This document shows, one piece after another, positions 60,558 through 64,000 of a stretch of DNA of 64,000 nt. Both the position numbers and the translations under genes were made by a program. This DNA comes from an uncultured Lachnospiraceae bacterium (lineage in GTDB: Bacteria > Bacillota > Clostridia > Lachnospirales > Lachnospiraceae). The notes beneath the pieces were generated by a model that made no database searches, was not told where the DNA came from, and saw only the letters and a list, made by a program, of their open reading frames with translations. Numbering within the stretch: position 1 is the stretch's first letter; each line of letters starts with the position of its first letter. The stretch covers positions 57,447-121,446 of the forward strand of contig CANPIM010000001.1 of NCBI GenBank assembly GCA_947574135.1, written 5' to 3'.

Positions 60558-61535
60558 CTAATTTCCCGCAAAAATCCGGGCAATGGGGGAATTGGAGGGC
60601 AGAATGAGAGTCTTTTCGTTGCTTCCCTTCAGGCTTTCCTTGGCCGCATCCAGGCTCCGCACAAAGGAATAAAAGTCGCTTCGGCTCTCATCCGCATAGG
60701 CATCTGAGAGAATCCGCATGTATTCCGCCTCGCCCTCCGCCACAATCTGCTCCGCCTGTGCCTTGGCCTCCGAGAGCATAATGGAAACCTCCTTGTCCGT
60801 GGTGTTCTGAATAATCTGGGCCTGGGAAGCGCCCTCCGCCGTGTACTGAGCCGCAATATTCTCCCGCTCGGAGATCATCCGACTGTAAACCGCCTGCTTA
60901 TTGTCGTCGGGCAGATCAAGCTTTTTTACCTCCACCGTCAAAATGGCAATGCCGTACTGGTCCGCCACGTCACCCAGGCTTTCCATAATCTCCTCGGTAA
61001 GAGATTTGATCTCAATCACCGTCTCCTTCTCCTCCAGCACCAGATCGTTGGACTCTACTTCCTCCTCCGTGTCGCTGACAGTCACAGTCATCTTTCCATC
61101 CCGGCTCTTAATCACCTCGTCCTGGGTCATATTGGACACCGTGTTTTTGGTTGTGTTGTATACAACTGCATTGATCCGGTTCTCCGCATTGTACACAGAG
61201 CCGCTTAAAGTCTGGGTAAACTTTAAGGGATCCGTTACCCGCCAGAGCACATAGCTGTCCACAATCATGGACTTTTTATCCGAGGTGATCACATCCGAGG
61301 CCGGCAGATCGTACATCAGGATCTCCTTGGGAATGGTGTCCACTGACTGGATAAAGGGAATCTTCATGGAAAGCCCTGCCACGGAAATCACCCGCTGCAC
61401 CTTTCCAAACTGACGGATAAGCTTATATTCGTTTTCCTGGCAGACAATCAGGCTGTTTCCCAGCAAAAGCAACACAATAACCAGTAAAATATATTTAATT
61501 GCCCCAAGACCTTTTCGTTTCTTTTTTTCTTCCAT
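60558..61535 (-). CDS. hflC: FtsH modulator HflC (SPFH domain)
   Basis: N-terminal TM segment, KIPFIQ.V, TSDKK, RMISER..IA and DFYSF.RSL. Confidence 0.93.
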   Translation of the reverse strand: MEEKKKRKGLGAIKYILLVIVLLLLGNSLIVCQENEYKLIRQFGKVQRVISVAGLSMKIPFIQSVDTIPKEILMYDLPASDVITSDKKSMIVDSYVLWRVTDPLKFTQTLSGSVYNAENRINAVVYNTTKNTVSNMTQDEVIKSRDGKMTVTVSDTEEEVESNDLVLEEKETVIEIKSLTEEIMESLGDVADQYGIAILTVEVKKLDLPDDNKQAVYSRMISERENIAAQYTAEGASQAQIIQNTTDKEVSIMLSEAKAQAEQIVAEGEAEYMRILSDAYADESRSDFYSFVRSLDAAKESLKGSNEKTLILPSNSPIARIFAGN

Positions 61536-61544
61536 CTTAAAAAC

Positions 61545-61671
61545 CTCCTATTGAAATCGCTGCGCGATGGCACTGAAGGGCAAAGTCACTTTGGCGCACA
61601 TTCTTTGAGAGAAACTTTCATGCGTAAATGCACGCCTGAAAATTCCTCTCGTGCGCCTTCGCGACTTTACC
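61545..61671. repeat. Structured intergenic repeat, copy 2
   Basis: 48/55 identity with 6161-6215 and a shared TTCCTCTCGTGCGCCTT...GACTTTAC 3' arm. Confidence 0.85.
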
Positions 61672-61754
61672 TCGTGTCTGCACGGCTTTGCCTCGTGTCT
61701 GCACGGCTTTACCTAGTGTCTGCACGGCTTTACCTCGTGTCTGCACGACTTTGC
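61663..61754. repeat. Tandem 21-bp repeat, four copies plus a partial
   Basis: Approximately GRCTTTRCCTCGTGTCTGCAC at 61663, 61684, 61705 and 61726. A partial second element head follows at ~61763-61802. Confidence 0.95.
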
Positions 61755-61808
61755 TTGGCAAACTGCGCCATGGCACTGAAGGGGAATGTCACTTTGGCTC
61801 ACTCTCTT

Positions 61809-62861
61809 TTATTCTTCACTCTCTGTATCGCTGCCGGATGTGTCTGTGGCTCCTCCTGCACCGGAGACTGTCCCACCGGTTCCGGAGACTCCGCTGAATA
61901 CGTCCAGGGGCAGAATCTGCTGGATCTGGTTTCCGTTTTCTCCCTGGATGATGATCTTCATCCCTGGCATGACTTCCTCCATGGTCTCATAGAACATCCG
62001 CTGCCTGGTGGTGTTGGGATACTTTACATATTCCTCATACATGGAATTAAAGCGGGCCACCTGGCCTTCCGCCTCGTTGATACGGCTCTCCTTCTGGGCC
62101 TCCGCATCCTGGAGTATCTTGTCCGCCTCAGCTCTGGCCTGGGGAATCTGCTCGTTGCGATATTTATTGGCGTTATTTAAGGCTGTCTCCTTGCCCTGCT
62201 TAGCCGTCTCCACCTCCTTAAAGGCTGTGATAACCTCATCGGTGGGAGGCTGAGCGTCCTGGATGGTAATATTTACCAGCTGGACGCCGATATCATAGGT
62301 TTCCAGCTTATCCATAATCATTTCTTTAATGTTGGCCTGTATCTCATTCTTTCCCGTGGTGAGCACCGCGTCCACGGAATAGGAGCCTATGGTGGTTCGA
62401 ATACAGTTCTGGGCAATGTTGTCCAAAATGGTCACCGGATCCTCGGAGGCGTACAGAGCCTTTACCGGATCGGAAATCCGGTACTCTGCGTAGAAATCCA
62501 CCCGGATGAAATTGTAATCCGAGGTAATCATCATGGCGTCATCGGTATAATTTTCCGCCTCGTCATAACCTACAGTAAGTCCCTGAATGGTGGTATTCAC
62601 CTTGGTTACGGTCTGAATCAGGGGAATCTTAAAATGAAGGCCCGGCTCTGTCACGGCCTTGGGCTGTCCCAGGGTGCAGACCACCGCCTGCTGCTCCTCC
62701 TGAATGGTGTACCAGCAGGAATTTGCCAAAATCACCAGCAGAACCACCAGCACTGCGATTCCCACATTCCGCATAACCTTCCTGCGCATCTTTTTGAGAT
62801 TTTCCACGCCGGGGCCTGGATTATCATTCACATCCCGATAGTTTTTTCTGAAATTCAGCAT
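61809..62861 (-). CDS. hflK: FtsH modulator HflK (SPFH domain)
   Basis: PGLHFKIP, MITSD.N, QPP..V..AF..V and AEGQVARF. Confidence 0.93.
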   Translation of the reverse strand: MLNFRKNYRDVNDNPGPGVENLKKMRRKVMRNVGIAVLVVLLVILANSCWYTIQEEQQAVVCTLGQPKAVTEPGLHFKIPLIQTVTKVNTTIQGLTVGYDEAENYTDDAMMITSDYNFIRVDFYAEYRISDPVKALYASEDPVTILDNIAQNCIRTTIGSYSVDAVLTTGKNEIQANIKEMIMDKLETYDIGVQLVNITIQDAQPPTDEVITAFKEVETAKQGKETALNNANKYRNEQIPQARAEADKILQDAEAQKESRINEAEGQVARFNSMYEEYVKYPNTTRQRMFYETMEEVMPGMKIIIQGENGNQIQQILPLDVFSGVSGTGGTVSGAGGATDTSGSDTESEE

Positions 62862-63017
62862 GTTTTATCCTCTCCTTATTATGCCGTATCCTTCTGCCTG
62901 CCGATCCCTTGGGATCTCCCCAGCTTTCAGAAGCCGGTAATGCAGGCAATTCCCTTGTTGCTGTCTCTTATTGTAGCAAATTTATCCCCTTTCGGCAACA
63001 GTAAGAAAAATGGAATC

Positions 63018-63049
63018 AAAAAACCGCCTCTCCCTTTCGGGAGAAGCGG
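63018..63049 (-). terminator. Rho-independent terminator
   Basis: CCGCCTCTCCC-TTTC-GGGAGAAGCGG with a T tract on the minus strand. Confidence 0.8.
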
Positions 63050-63102
63050 CTGTCTATGCTTCCATTTTCTTTCCTTTTTCCTTCCCTTGTCAAGCAAAGG
63101 GA

Positions 63103-63999
63103 TTAATTCTGCAGAATCCGTGTGGCGCATACAGGGCTTCGGTAGTAGGCGTTGGAAATAATAATGCCTGTCCGCTCATTGCTGGCATGTACCACCCGGC
63201 CGACGCCAATATAAATGGCCACATGATTGATGTTTCTGCCATTGCCGTAAAAGATAAGATCGCCCGGCTGAGCGTCGGACACGGAGATCCGGGTACCACA
63301 GTTGGCCTGAGCCCTTGAAGAATGGGGCAGGGACACGCCATAGTTCTTGAATACTGACAGCACAAACCCGGAGCAGTCGGCACCCTTGGTCAGGCTGGTG
63401 CCTCCCCATACGTAGCGGTTTCCCACATACTGCTTTGCAAACTCACAGAGAGCCACCCGCACATCTGTAACGCCCTCTCCGTACAAGGCCTCCGTAATGG
63501 TCAATGCAGTTTTCAGCTCGTTGCTCACCTCCACATACTCGGCAGCCACATAGCCTTCCTCTCCGTCAATATCAACCTTTACCCAGTCTCCCAGCTCTTC
63601 TATCACCAGAAGCTCCTCACCGGAGGGAACCATGGTCCAGTAGTCTGCCTCTGTGTTGGGCTCCATACGCACGTACAGGGCGTCCGCCTTTACATGAGCC
63701 ACCGTATGACCCAGCTCCAAGGCCTTGTCCACTGCCTCCTGGCCGGTCACCAGATACTCAGACTTTACATAGCCCTCCACCTCGCCGGAGGTGATATAGG
63801 CCCATTCTCCCTCTACCCACTCCACATTGCAGGCCGAGTCGTTGCGCATCTTCCCCACCAGCTTATAATCCGTGCCGGCTCCGGACCGGATATTCAAATT
63901 ATCGTCCACACTGGAGATAGCGATGTTGGTGTAGCCCTCCAGAGGCGTCCCTACCCAGAGGGTCTCGGAAGCCACCTTCTTTACATCCTCCACCGACAC
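63103..63999 (-). CDS. SH3b-repeat NlpC/P60 peptidoglycan endopeptidase (5' end outside the window)
   Basis: Two SH3b repeats (LNIRSG.G; LYVRMEP), YVWGG, DCSGF and GDLIFY...HVAIY.G...VHAS. Confidence 0.93.
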   Translation of the reverse strand: MSVEDVKKVASETLWVGTPLEGYTNIAISSVDDNLNIRSGAGTDYKLVGKMRNDSACNVEWVEGEWAYITSGEVEGYVKSEYLVTGQEAVDKALELGHTVAHVKADALYVRMEPNTEADYWTMVPSGEELLVIEELGDWVKVDIDGEEGYVAAEYVEVSNELKTALTITEALYGEGVTDVRVALCEFAKQYVGNRYVWGGTSLTKGADCSGFVLSVFKNYGVSLPHSSRAQANCGTRISVSDAQPGDLIFYGNGRNINHVAIYIGVGRVVHASNERTGIIISNAYYRSPVCATRILQN

Positions 64000-64000
64000 C

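Noticed and set aside
61551-62180. ORFs 61551..62180, 61688..61897 and 6322..6507 with repeating peptides
   Set aside because: They are translations of the DNA repeats, and the first overlaps hflK antisense.

Overview
This looks like chromosomal DNA from a Lachnospiraceae-type anaerobe (inferred from gene content and protein style); most genes are on the minus strand. From 1 to 29 kb there is a carbohydrate/C1 region. It holds five UroD-fold (MtaA/CmuA-like) methyltransferase homologues, a corrinoid protein, a pterin-binding methyl-THF:corrinoid methyltransferase, sugar ABC components, L-rhamnose mutarotase, an SGNH esterase, an AraC regulator and two LacI/solute-binding fusion regulators. 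I infer a B12-dependent system for demethylating O-methylated sugars. Its first 5.3 kb is decaying (in-frame stops, frameshifts, deletions). Next come an amidase-deacetylase/two-component block, a GH2 beta-mannosidase utilisation locus and nnr. These are followed by a 1.4-kb islet (HipA-like kinase plus a serine-recombinase domain lacking its catalytic Ser), carAB with a leader terminator, and a degenerate PRTase. The window ends with a rhaB-DeoR-TRAP-GH88 locus, Crp and XRE regulators, PFOR, hflKC and a partial SH3-NlpC/P60 gene. A structured ~125-bp intergenic repeat occurs twice, 55 kb apart. The two copies show compensatory base changes, end at the Shine-Dalgarno of the downstream gene and carry different tandem arrays. 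No rRNA, tRNA, CRISPR array or transposase was found. All family calls come from motif recognition by eye; no database search was run.
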